A stretch of 64,000 nucleotides of DNA. It comes from a virus. Lineage: Duplodnaviria; Caudoviricetes. Every line of letters starts with the position of its first letter. Position 1 is the stretch's first letter. The translations under genes and the position numbers were made by a program. The stretch spans positions 38,863-102,862 of the IMG/VR virus record IMGVR_UViG_3300033120_000579. One strand, given 5' to 3'. Below, piece after piece: positions 51,861 to 61,396 of this stretch. The notes beneath the pieces are model-generated. The model was not told the DNA's origin, searched no databases, and saw only the letters and a list, made by a program, of their open reading frames with translations.

Positions 51861-52236
51861 TGTATGAAATATTAAAATTAAAAGTAATTGTAAATGTTTT
51901 AGATTTATTCTTTAATGTAGGAATATACAATTCAGATATACGATTATCAATAATAACATTCTTTTTTCTAAGTTGAGTAAATATATTTTGTATTTGAGCT
52001 ACACTAATATTTAATTCATCTATAATTAATTGTTTAGTATCATAGTCAAATACTTCTTTCCATAATACTTTATTATTAGTAATTTCTTTTGATAGTTTAT
52101 AATGATAATATAATAATAAAGCTAATACCTGAGATTGTTGAGGATTTAATTTATGAAAAGGTTTTAGAAACTCAATATATCTAAAAAAGAAATTTTTTAT
52201 TTTAACATTCAGATTAGCTATTTTCACATTATCCAT
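51853..52236 (-). CDS. Winged-helix DNA-binding protein
   Basis: L...Q..VLA.LL ... I.DELNIS...IQNIFTQLRKK.VI helix-turn-helix pattern. Confidence 0.55.
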   Translation of the reverse strand: MDNVKIANLNVKIKNFFFRYIEFLKPFHKLNPQQSQVLALLLYYHYKLSKEITNNKVLWKEVFDYDTKQLIIDELNISVAQIQNIFTQLRKKNVIIDNRISELYIPTLKNKSKTFTITFNFNISYNE

Positions 52237-52400
52237 TATTTTTTTATTTTTACTTTATAATATTTATTAAGTAATTTTATAAAATCTTCACTACTCATAG
52301 GTCTAACTTTTAAATAATTTGGATTATTTTCAAATAATTCCCATTCTTTATTCCATAATCTAAATTCTTGTAAAAGTAATTCTAATTTAAGTTTATTCAT
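52236..52400 (-). CDS. Small hypothetical protein (54 aa, not in ORF track)
   Basis: MNKLKLELLLQEFRLWNKEW...; overlaps both neighbours and fills the gap. Confidence 0.6.
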   Translation of the reverse strand: MNKLKLELLLQEFRLWNKEWELFENNPNYLKVRPMSSEDFIKLLNKYYKVKIKK

Positions 52401-52828
52401 TTTCATTTTGTTTTATAATTCCTTCTCTATATATTTTAACTTCAGAATTTAATACTTTTTGTATTTCTCCTAATTTTAATTTATATGAATTACATTCTTC
52501 ATTTTTAAGTTGTAACATATCAATTAGATGTGTTGTTAATTCTTTATGATGCTCTAATAAATCTTTATAATTATCCATTTATACCAATTTGTTTCATTAA
52601 AGTTTTTAACTCTTCTTTAGTTTCTATTTTTAAATTTCTAACTTGAGGTTCATTCATATATTTAAGATATTCCTCAGACTTAGATAAGTCTGCAACAATA
52701 ATACCTAATGTATTGTTAGTAAAATTATATCCTAACATATAATTACCTTTACTAAACTTTAAAAATTTACTATTGTCTGAAGTCTTATCATGTATCCAAC
52801 CTAACGATTCAATATCTTCTTTATTCAT
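52393..52828 (-). CDS. Two small hypothetical proteins (52393..52578, 52571..52828)
   Basis: Coupled ORFs; the second shares EDIESLG and I..K.E.K.L.KQ..I motifs with 53926..54417. Confidence 0.6.
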
Positions 52829-53480
52829 TTTCTAAATAGTTTATAATATCTGTTAGTATAGGATTACGATGATTTGCAGTAAGAGTTTTAAATCCAACAA
52901 GGTTACTATCTTTAAGTTTTAAAATTCTATGTAAGCAACTATTACCATTAATAGATTTATCAATTTGTTCTTTAGAACCACAAAATATCATTTTACTTCC
53001 TTTACCTAATCTTGTAAGTATAGTTCTAAAATCATTATAATCCATATCTTGAAACTCATCTACAATAACTACTGATTTAATAAATGTTACACCTTTAGCT
53101 ACTTCAATTGGCATAATTTTAATATCTCCATCTTTAAGCATATTATCAGTATTCAATTTACCTTGACATACTTCTAAATTCTGTATAATAGGAAATGTAT
53201 AAGGAGCCATTTTTTCTTCAAGTGTTCCAGGAAGTGCTGCTAAGTTATTTCTTAACATTGGTCTAGTTATCCAAATACTATCGACTTGTTTCTTTCTAAA
53301 TGATTTAAGTGCTGTATGAACCGCTGCTAATGATTTACCTGATCCAAAATCTCCTAATAGAAAATTAACATCATATTGATAAAATAATTCTACAAATTGT
53401 TTTTGTTCATCATTTAAATCTACTAACAATCTAGGTTCTGTTTTTAGTTCTCTTTTTTCTGAGTTAGGTGTTTTTGCCAT
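52821..53480 (-). CDS. phoH: PhoH-family ATPase
   Basis: GDFGSGKS, ITRP, LPG.LEEK..PY, GVTF, IVDEFQD, LTRLG.GSK.IFCG..EQID, NHR. Confidence 0.9.
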   Translation of the reverse strand: MAKTPNSEKRELKTEPRLLVDLNDEQKQFVELFYQYDVNFLLGDFGSGKSLAAVHTALKSFRKKQVDSIWITRPMLRNNLAALPGTLEEKMAPYTFPIIQNLEVCQGKLNTDNMLKDGDIKIMPIEVAKGVTFIKSVVIVDEFQDMDYNDFRTILTRLGKGSKMIFCGSKEQIDKSINGNSCLHRILKLKDSNLVGFKTLTANHRNPILTDIINYLENE

Positions 53481-53758
53481 TCAAATATATTTTTATATTC
53501 AGTTAATTCATTAATAGATCCGCATTTGTGACAATGTGCATTATCATCTTCATCATTCTCTATATATAGACTTTTACAAAATCTACAAGCTAAAACTGGT
53601 AGCTCATCATAATCTTCTTTAGTATTTTCCATTTCTTTAATTTTATTCTTTATATCTTCTATCCAAGCTGTATCATAGTACGGAAAGATATTCATCTTAT
53701 TAGTGTACTCTACATACTTATATAGTTTTCTAAGATGTTTGAGTATTTGTTTGTTCAT
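53444..53758 (-). CDS. Zinc-ribbon protein
   Basis: YDELPVLACRFC.SL.I ... CHKCGS. Confidence 0.65.
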   Translation of the reverse strand: MNKQILKHLRKLYKYVEYTNKMNIFPYYDTAWIEDIKNKIKEMENTKEDYDELPVLACRFCKSLYIENDEDDNAHCHKCGSINELTEYKNIFEWQKHLTQKKEN

Positions 53759-56312
53759 CTTTAGTTTTAATATTTAGTTCAATTATCCATTCATCTTTTT
53801 CTTTATTAATATTTACATTATAACTAAATCTAGGATACTTACCTGAAAATAATTCCATTTTATCTTGAAATGAATCTATTTGGTCTAATGCTTTTTTTAA
53901 ATCTTTTTCTTTAATTAGATATGTATTATTCAATTTGTAGTTGTTTTAATAGTTTTTTAAATTCTGATTTATTTTTAATATCTCCTTTATAAATACATTC
54001 TGATTCCCCATAATTTAAACTACCTTCAATAGATCTAGAACATGTTTCGTCAAAAAATCTGTGTACATATATTTTATGATATTTATTATCAAATCTATCT
54101 ATATGTAAAGTTGCTTTTAGAAAATATGGATATTCACCAGGTAAATCTTCTAAGAGATAATCATAATAACCTACCCATTGGTTTTTTAAGGTTTTTCTAA
54201 AACCTAAACTTTCAATATCTTCTTGATCCAAATATTTTATTTTTACTTTTTCTAATTCAAATTCTTTACATATATTTATTGTTTGTAAATCATCTGTAAA
54301 AATATATGGGTCTATGAAAATATTATCTTTAATTTCAAAACCATCAAAATAGTGTAGTTTTATATTATTATAAATTTCTTCTATATCAGGTGTATAATAT
54401 TTAGATTCCATTTCCAAATTTATTAATAGGTGTTACTTCAAATAACAAATTATAATTATTAGTTACATCTTTATATTCACATATATCTCCATCTTCTACA
54501 AGTTTAATAGCTTGTTTTAAGAAGTTGATAATCTTATCTTTATCGTCTTGTTTATATTCCATTGTTTGTTTTATATAATTCCCATTCAACTCTATTCATT
54601 AAATCAGGAAACCTTTCAGGATTACATGATTCAAATACTGAAGTTTTACCTTTAAAATCACAACCACATTTAATACATTGCTTACTAATAGCACAATCAT
54701 CTTTACATTGTAATCTTCTATAAGCAATTTGTTCTTGTATATGTTCGGGTTGTAATTTTAGTTCTTCTAATACTCTTTGTGTATTACCTTCTAGATATTG
54801 TTTAATATTTTTAATTGTTATTTTTGACTTCATAATTATGAATTTTAGATAATATCATAGTTCTTTCTAATGAATCTAATTCTCTACCAATTAATTCTGG
54901 TACAATATTATCAATATTATCTTCAGTTACTTTATCTTCTAAAGTTATAAGATAATCTACTAAATCATCCATTTGTCTAAGTCTTGTGTAAAAACCTTTA
55001 ACTTGTTTCTTAATATTATTTCTATCTTGTAACTTTACTTTTCTTAATCCGTTTTTACTATATGTGTGCATTATTTTTATTTGCTAATTTATAATCTTTT
55101 TCAATCCATTTATTATCTATTCCTTCAAATTCAATTCTTTCAATAAAATCTTCAGTTTCATTTAAAATATATAAACTTTTCTGTTCATCTTTAATAATAC
55201 AACCAACTAAAGGATTAAAAGAGTTATTTGATATAATATATTTAGAAACTTTACTCATTGTTTTATCAACATCTATATCTATAAATTCTTGAATATTTGT
55301 AGATTTATATTTCTCACTCTGTAATCTTTTAAATTTTAAATAGTCGGAATTTTCTTTACCCCACTTACTTCTATATACTTCTAATTCTTCCTCTGTCTTA
55401 GATGGAAATATTTTTTTCCAATATTCTAACTCTTTTGGGTTATTTTCTTTATTCATTAATTTTATAATTTAAAATTTTAGTATTGATTATTTGATTACCT
55501 TCTCTATTAAAAATTAAATGTTTTCTAATATATCCAGTTTTGTTTCTAACAAAGATTTGAACTGTGGGTTGATTTGAATCATTTAAAAATAAACCAACAT
55601 TAATATCATTTAATCTATTACCTCTCCACTTATGTGTATAATGATTATAAAGATTAAATATGTCTTTTTGATTAGTTATAATATGATTCTCTATTTCTTC
55701 TATTTTATTTTTTATATCTACGACCATCTGGTTTATTATTTTTACTGTTAAAATGTTCTCTTATAAATTCTTTATCACATTCTCTTAAAACTATGTTTTG
55801 TGGATTTCCATCTTTATTTATAACTTTCCAATATTTTTCTATCATATCTTCTGGTTTTAAATTCCACTCGTCATTAAAATATTGTATATTATCTCCTTCC
55901 ATTAGTTTAATTTACTTAAATCTATTATATTAAATCTATATGATTCAGTTGATTTATTTTTTATTAATTTAATTTCTTTTTTATCATATATTGGATCTGA
56001 TTGTATAAATAATATTTGTTTATAATCTTTTCCAAAATTACCATTTTGTTTTAATTCTTTAATATAATTTTTATTATACTTTTTACGTCTTAAAACTTCT
56101 TTATCAATTTCTTTTTGAACTAAAGGAATATCTTTAAAAATATAAGACATCCATCCTCCAGAATTATTAAATATATTTACATCATTAGAAACAGACTCAT
56201 CTCCTTGTGAATTACCATGAAAAGCATATTCAGATTTTAAATCATCAATACCATATTTTCTAGTAAATGTATATTCTGTAAATATATTATTATTATAATC
56301 TTCTTGTTTCAT
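53730..56312 (-). CDS. Run of coupled small hypothetical genes (53730..53933, 53926..54417, 54401..54589, 54552..54833 Cys-rich, 54811..55071, 55058..55456, 55449..55727, 55705..55902, 55902..56312)
   Basis: Contiguous overlapping ORFs on the late strand; 54552..54833 has C..DC....C..CGC...K......C metal-binding spacing. Confidence 0.6.
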
Positions 56313-56848
56313 TAGTTTAATTTTAAACGATTAAAATCTTTTTTATATAAAACTATATCATCACCTTCTAAAAACATTTTAATTTCTTTTTTATTAAGTC
56401 CTAGATTAGAAAAATTTTTAGCCCAAACTTCATTCTCATTTTTAAGTTGTTCTTTTAAGATATTGTGATCTAATGTAGTTTTTCTAAAAGAACCTTCTAT
56501 GGGCCTATCACCCATATGAAACAATATCCAATCTAAATCTTCACATAATATAATCTCTTTATTACATTCAATAAATAAGAAAGTTCCTGCTGAAGCAATA
56601 TAACCTGTCATATAAATTCTAATATCTGGATGAGTGTTTATAAAATGTATTAAAACTCTCATTGAAGCAGCATCACCTCCAGGTGTACTAATAAATAAAT
56701 CTATATTTTTATAATTAGATAATATATCAATTAAATCTTGTACAGATTCATTATTTATTTCATCATGAAAATAATGTATATATCTTAAACTAATATCATT
56801 TTCTAATTCATCTAATAAAGCATTTATTAAATCTTGTTTTTGTGTCAT
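56312..56848 (-). CDS. ClpP/crotonase-fold serine protease
   Basis: ISTPGGD, IASAG (catalytic Ser), LFH. Start moved to ATG 56848 because the ORF-track start (56887) overlaps the promoter. Confidence 0.75.
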   Translation of the reverse strand: MTQKQDLINALLDELENDISLRYIHYFHDEINNESVQDLIDILSNYKNIDLFISTPGGDAASMRVLIHFINTHPDIRIYMTGYIASAGTFLFIECNKEIILCEDLDWILFHMGDRPIEGSFRKTTLDHNILKEQLKNENEVWAKNFSNLGLNKKEIKMFLEGDDIVLYKKDFNRLKLN

Positions 56849-56871
56849 ATATCTTATTATTTTAATTCTTA

Positions 56872-56905
56872 TACAAAGATACAACAAAATATCGAGACTA
56901 CCAAA
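56872..56905 (-). promoter_or_regulatory. Bacteroidota-type promoter
   Basis: TTTGGT-N18-TATCTTTGTA upstream of ATG 56848. Confidence 0.8.
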
Positions 56906-56965
56906 TATTTTTGCAATTATTTTTCAAAAAAGTGTAAAATAATTTAAAATAGTTAAATTTAAAGC

Positions 56966-57000
56966 AAAAAAAAAGACCTAACACTGTTGTGAAAGGTCTT
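56966..57000 (-). terminator. Intrinsic terminator
   Basis: AAGACCTTTCACAACAGTGTTAGGTCTTTTTTTTT on the minus strand. Confidence 0.8.
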
Positions 57001-57362
57001 AATTATAATTTTAGAGATTAGCGTCCATGATATTATCATATATAATCTTAGATGGTTGTCTAAACGGTTGTCCTCTGGTGCAAACATAGTTAATCGCTGA
57101 TGATAGCAATCTAAGTATCCTGTAAATCTCTAATAAATATAAGTTTCCTATAACTATAACTAATAATTATAGTTTATTAATATTTAACTAATAGATATAG
57201 CGAGGTTTCCACGATTTCCTGAGAAATGTGTTACCCTTGGCTAGCCAGTGTTACAGAAGTTGTCATACCTCGCAAAACCCATCCTCTCAAACCTAAACGT
57301 CAGTGCCGTGTCCACTATTAATTGAGACAACTGTATCCTAAACTAGTTGCTATTTTATTTTA
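57001..57362 (-). ncRNA. Candidate structured ncRNA with its own promoter and terminator
   Basis: No credible ORF; GC-enriched helices (57200-57206/57267-57273, 57011-57019/57125-57133, 57047-57053/57109-57115, 57327-57332/57345-57350). Confidence 0.6.
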
Positions 57363-57365
57363 TAC

Positions 57366-57399
57366 TACAAAGATACGACATTTATTTGTAAAATCCTAA
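57366..57399 (-). promoter_or_regulatory. Bacteroidota-type promoter (drives the ncRNA candidate)
   Basis: TTAGGA-N18-TATCTTTGTA. Confidence 0.8.
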
Positions 57400-57429
57400 T
57401 AAAAATACAATTATTTTCAATTTATTTTA

Positions 57430-57927
57430 CTACTCTAATAGCTTTTGTATTACTTTATTAGATTTAATAAGATTATCTTTAGCCCATAAAGGTTGTAAAT
57501 TAGTATAATAATTTAATTTATACACATCTTCAATAGTTTCTGCTGAAGATAAAGGGATGATATGATCAATATGTATTTCATTTAATCTATCCCAACTCAT
57601 TCCTTCAGTAAATTGAGTTTCTATATGTATTTTAAACTCTTCATAACTACAACCTAATATTTCTAAAGTTTTTTTAGATTTAAAATGTCTTATAAAATGA
57701 TAAATTCTTTGTCGTAATCTTTTACTTAATGCATATACTGGATCATTTTTATATTTTTGATAATGTCTTTTTCTTTCTAATGATTTATATTCAGGATTTA
57801 AAAATTTTAAATTATTTTTATATTCTTTTGCACATAATTTACATTGACTTCTAGGTTTGCCACAATTTAAACTAAATTCTTCTATTAATTTAATTTCTTT
57901 ACACTTACTACATTTCTTTTTTTCCAT
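57430..57927 (-). CDS. HNH endonuclease with N-terminal zinc finger
   Basis: CSKC...CKLC; LGCS.EEF..HIE.QF..GMSW....HIDHIIPLS...YTNLQPLWA.DNL.KSNK. Confidence 0.85.
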   Translation of the reverse strand: MEKKKCSKCKEIKLIEEFSLNCGKPRSQCKLCAKEYKNNLKFLNPEYKSLERKRHYQKYKNDPVYALSKRLRQRIYHFIRHFKSKKTLEILGCSYEEFKIHIETQFTEGMSWDRLNEIHIDHIIPLSSAETIEDVYKLNYYTNLQPLWAKDNLIKSNKVIQKLLE

Positions 57928-57941
57928 ATAAAATAATTTAT

Positions 57942-57975
57942 TACAAAGATAAGAAATAAAAATGAAAATTCCTAA
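57942..57975 (-). promoter_or_regulatory. Bacteroidota-type promoter, first of the late strand
   Basis: TTAGGA-N18-TATCTTTGTA upstream of ATG 57927, with A/T tracts further upstream. Confidence 0.8.
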
Positions 57976-58180
57976 TATTTTTCAAAAATTTTTTTTATTT
58001 TTTTTTCAAAAATTTTTTATTTATCGAGATCACTAAGTAACTTAAAGATCAGCCCCACTCTTTTAAAACTTTGGGGATATACCCTATCCTTTTTGTCTAA
58101 TCTGAACTATTTATATCTTGACTCGATATTAGTTCATACAAATCACAGCGTTGTAGCTGTATAAATATCTACTATGTCCT

Positions 58181-58492
58181 ATGTTCGTAGCTAAATTTAC
58201 TCCAACATCTGGTGCTCCATTCACAGCTGATAAGAATGGTAACTTTCCTTACATTGGTACTGTTGTAGCTGGTAAAGCTAAAGGTAGTATCATCAATGGT
58301 ACATTGTTTAAACGTGGTGCTCTTGAAGCTAACAAGTTATACTTATGTGATAACTCTGTTAGTGAAGAATATCCTGATAACTTCCAAACTGATGTAATCA
58401 CTTCAGTTACAGTATCAGAGTTTATGCAACTACGTACTGAGTTGGGTGCTCCAAATGTAACTGTTACGGAAGAAGTTCCAAACAATGCATAA
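58181..58492 (+). CDS. First early-strand protein (103 aa), unknown function
   Basis: Isolated ORF with its own terminator and codon usage rich in GGT/GCT/CGT/AAC, like the capsid genes. Confidence 0.75.
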   Translation: MFVAKFTPTSGAPFTADKNGNFPYIGTVVAGKAKGSIINGTLFKRGALEANKLYLCDNSVSEEYPDNFQTDVITSVTVSEFMQLRTELGAPNVTVTEEVPNNA

Positions 58493-58495
58493 TCT

Positions 58496-58527
58496 ATAGG
58501 GACTCTTTGGAGTCCTTATATTTTTTT
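58496..58527 (+). terminator. Intrinsic terminator
   Basis: TATAGGGACTC-TTTG-GAGTCCTTATA followed by TTTTTTT. Confidence 0.85.
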
Positions 58528-58678
58528 AACCTTAACTAAAAGAAACCTTTTGAGTTTGACTCAAATAAACTCTAATTAAAGATTTAGTAATTAATACTAC
58601 CTATTGTGATTGAGACATTTCACAACATTAAATACTTATTATTTCTAAATCTTTAAATACTACCTATATATAAGGTAT

Positions 58679-58785
58679 AAATAATTATGAGTTCAAATTA
58701 ATTACGATTTGATTTAATTTGATGAAACTTTGAAATCAATACTATAGTAATCGATCTATTGAGAAAGTAAATCTTATAATTATTT
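58679..58785 (+). ncRNA. Duplicated three-way-junction RNA motif, copy 1
   Basis: AAATAATTATGAG...CTTATAATTATTT closing helix, two internal hairpins, conserved ATGAA.CTTTGAAA and AAGTAAAT junctions; second copy at 62070. Confidence 0.5.
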
Positions 58786-58931
58786 GTACCTATATATTAA
58801 GGTATAAAATTTTAATAATAGTATCTCATAATATTATTGTTAATACACTAATAGAAGTTTAGTAATAAGTAGGAAGCCCAACAGTATTTGACACAATCCT
58901 AATTGCAATTGCTTATTCTAAACTTTTATTT

Positions 58932-59060
58932 AGTGTTATAATGTATTATTCTCAATTTCCAAGGTTGAGTAGTTGTAAGTATTTTAGGAGGGTACATTCT
59001 TATAGATTAAGTCTATAAATACTGAGGCCACTATTACAACTAAATACAGAGGATAACACT
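58932..59060 (+). ncRNA. Twister-ribozyme-like RNA, copy 1
   Basis: P1 AGTGTTA/TAACACT; UAA; P2 TGTA/TACA; P4 CTCAA/TTGAG; L4 (T)T-TCC-AA-GG; P5; GA-GGA. Confidence 0.6.
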
Positions 59061-59061
59061 G

Positions 59062-59178
59062 TTATAATAAACTCTCATCCAATTGCAGGTAGTAAGTGAT
59101 GCTTAAAAATTACTATAAGTAATATATAAGACTATAAGTAGCTGAGTCAAGGTGCAACCTTGTGAGAGTTTTTTATAA
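59062..59178 (+). ncRNA. Candidate structured RNA
   Basis: AAACTCTCA/TGAGAGTTT closing helix with a CAAGG-TGCAA-CCTTG hairpin stacked on its 3' side. Confidence 0.45.
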
Positions 59179-59353
59179 CTTATTGATTATGAAGGTGTTG
59201 AGGTTTAGGTTATATCATCCAAATGTAAAGTAAACTTGTCATTCACATTCAAAAATACACACTAAATCTATACTTATAGCTTTTATATCACATTTAAGTT
59301 AAACCAACTATATCAAAATTATAACTAATTATTAACTAAAATACAACAATATT

Positions 59354-59536
59354 ATGAAATATCAAGACATTTTAAACAAAAAAGTATTATTTGAAACTAA
59401 TAATGCACATGAATTTATGCAATATTTAATGAAAAAAGAAAATACTCAATCATTATGTTACACATTAATTAACTTATTACAAAATTCTAAAGGTTATACA
59501 TGTAATATGGCATCAGCTATAGGTGAACAAATATAA
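59354..59536 (+). CDS. Small early protein
   Basis: ATG in ATT-ATG context; 60 aa. Confidence 0.6.
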   Translation: MKYQDILNKKVLFETNNAHEFMQYLMKKENTQSLCYTLINLLQNSKGYTCNMASAIGEQI

Positions 59537-59665
59537 ACTAATTAAATTTAAACAATTTAATGATTTACCATTTTGGATAAATCCTTGGATTATATATCCA
59601 TTAACTTTATTAATTTATGCATCTCAAGAACAATGTCTTAAACTAATTGATAAATATCAAAAATT

Positions 59666-60681
59666 ATGATAATATTAATAATAACATATGGAATTGTTAT
59701 AATATTATGTTTATCAGTGGTATATATAGTAAGCACACTTATTAATGAAGATAATCATTAACTAAAACTAACAAATAAAAAATTATGATAACAATATTAA
59801 CAATTATTACATTTATTCTATCATTTATAGGATTATGTATTACATTTAAAGGTCAATTTGATAATAAATTAAAACAAACTCTGTTAGGTTTGTTGATAAT
59901 ATTATTATCACCAACACCAATTATAATTAAATACTACTATGATAGTAAACAAATTATGAAAATTGAATATGAAATTGAGTTAATTAATCAAGATTCAATT
60001 AAAGTTTACAATGGTTCTATATTAGATACAATTCCATTTAATAAATTAGAAAAATATATCGAATCTGACAATCTTTAAATTATGGAAATAACATTAAATT
60101 TAACAGCAACATTAATTATGATATTTGTAATTCATACTATATTTACTCATTTATTAAATTGGATGATTAGAGAAGTAGATGAACATGAATTAACAGGTTT
60201 AACAATATTTTTAAATATTATAGAACTATCCTTATGTATTATATTTATAATGATATTAACAAAATGATATTATGAAATATATTATTTCATTTATTATTTG
60301 TAATTGGTAAAAACACATAAATTATGACAATAACATTTACATTTGCTATTATAGTAGCATTAGTTATAATATTATTTCTAAATCAATTAGAGAAATAATG
60401 TCAAATGAACAATACATAATGATATTCAATAACATTGTTATTGGTATTACAATTATAGCTATTATTTATATAACTATTAATACAATAATTAATAAAAATA
60501 AATAATTATGTTTATAAAATATATATCACATTCAAGAATTAAAAAAGTTGAAATATCTACTAGAAATTATAATCCTATTATTAAAATTACAGTTAGTAAT
60601 ATTAGAAATGAGGATGAAATTTATGAAACTAAAGAGTATATTTCAGATGAAAAAGGTATTTACGAAGAATTTGAATACTAA
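59666..60681 (+). CDS. Cluster of tiny early ORFs, mostly membrane peptides (59666..59761, 59785..60078, 60082..60267, 60324..60398, 60398..60505, 60508..60681)
   Basis: Most start in an ATT-ATG context and one by TAATG coupling; five have 1-2 hydrophobic helices; four are below the ORF-track cutoff. Confidence 0.55.
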
Positions 60682-60715
60682 ATAACATAAAATAATAATC
60701 TTAAAAACAAATGTT

Positions 60716-61396
60716 ATGGAACAGTTTAAAAGAGCAAAAGTAGTTATGCTTCCTACTAATATAAGAAGTGTTATAGCAATAAGTGATACATTAGGTTTAT
60801 TACCATATAATATAACTCAATATGTTAAGATAAAAGAACATATAGTACCTCAACATCTTTATATTATATCCGATGATGAAATTAAAGAAAGAGATAAAGT
60901 GATATTTAATAATAATATCTACACTGTATTAAAAACAGGAATACATTATTACGGAGATTTTGATTTACAAGTTTCTAATAATATGTTTATACCTAGTAAT
61001 AAAAGTAAAAAAATAATAGCTACTACTGATAAATCTTTATCTATTAAATTACATATAGGAGAAGTAGTAGATAATTCTTATCCTCAAGCATTTCATAATA
61101 TTTTACCTCAACCTTCTCCTCAATTTATACAAAAATATATTGAATCTTATAATAAAGGTGAAATTATTACTGATATATTAGTTGAGTTATTATCTGAAGA
61201 AAGTTATGGTTGTGATTTAGCTTATTATGGTTTAACTGAGCCTGAACTTAAAATCAATCCTAAAGATAACACTATTACAATTAAGAAAATTAAAGATACT
61301 TATAGTAGAGAAGAAATTTTTGCTGTAATTGAAACATATAACAATGCAAAAGGAGATGCTCCTAATATTGTTGATTGGTTAAAAGAAAATTTATAA
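60716..61396 (+). CDS. Hypothetical early protein (226 aa)
   Basis: VVMLPT...QHLYIISDDEIKE.D...KKIIATTD..L...LPQPS.QFI.KYIE.YNKG, a recurrent Bacteroidota-phage family; function unknown. Confidence 0.75.
   Translation: MEQFKRAKVVMLPTNIRSVIAISDTLGLLPYNITQYVKIKEHIVPQHLYIISDDEIKERDKVIFNNNIYTVLKTGIHYYGDFDLQVSNNMFIPSNKSKKIIATTDKSLSIKLHIGEVVDNSYPQAFHNILPQPSPQFIQKYIESYNKGEIITDILVELLSEESYGCDLAYYGLTEPELKINPKDNTITIKKIKDTYSREEIFAVIETYNNAKGDAPNIVDWLKENL

Noticed and set aside
56849-56887. N-terminal extension MLYLCIRIKIIRY of the ClpP-like ORF
   Set aside because: It is the translated promoter sequence; ATG 56848 is the likely start.
57090-57133. CTGATGA on the + strand as a hammerhead core
   Set aside because: No stem II followed by GAAA; it sits in a small hairpin, antisense to the predicted transcript.
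3071-58485. Short antisense or nested ORFs in the track (3071, 16461, 18079, 21985, 29354, 31571, 35725, 40134, 40168, 41030, 41605, 43298, 46676, 50984, 51336, 58249)
   Set aside because: Shadows of longer, motif-bearing genes or of regulatory DNA, with no independent support.
58717-58735. TTGATGA-AACTTT-GAAA as a minimal hammerhead
   Set aside because: No stem II, no UH cleavage triplet after the next helix, and copy 2 does not keep the core.
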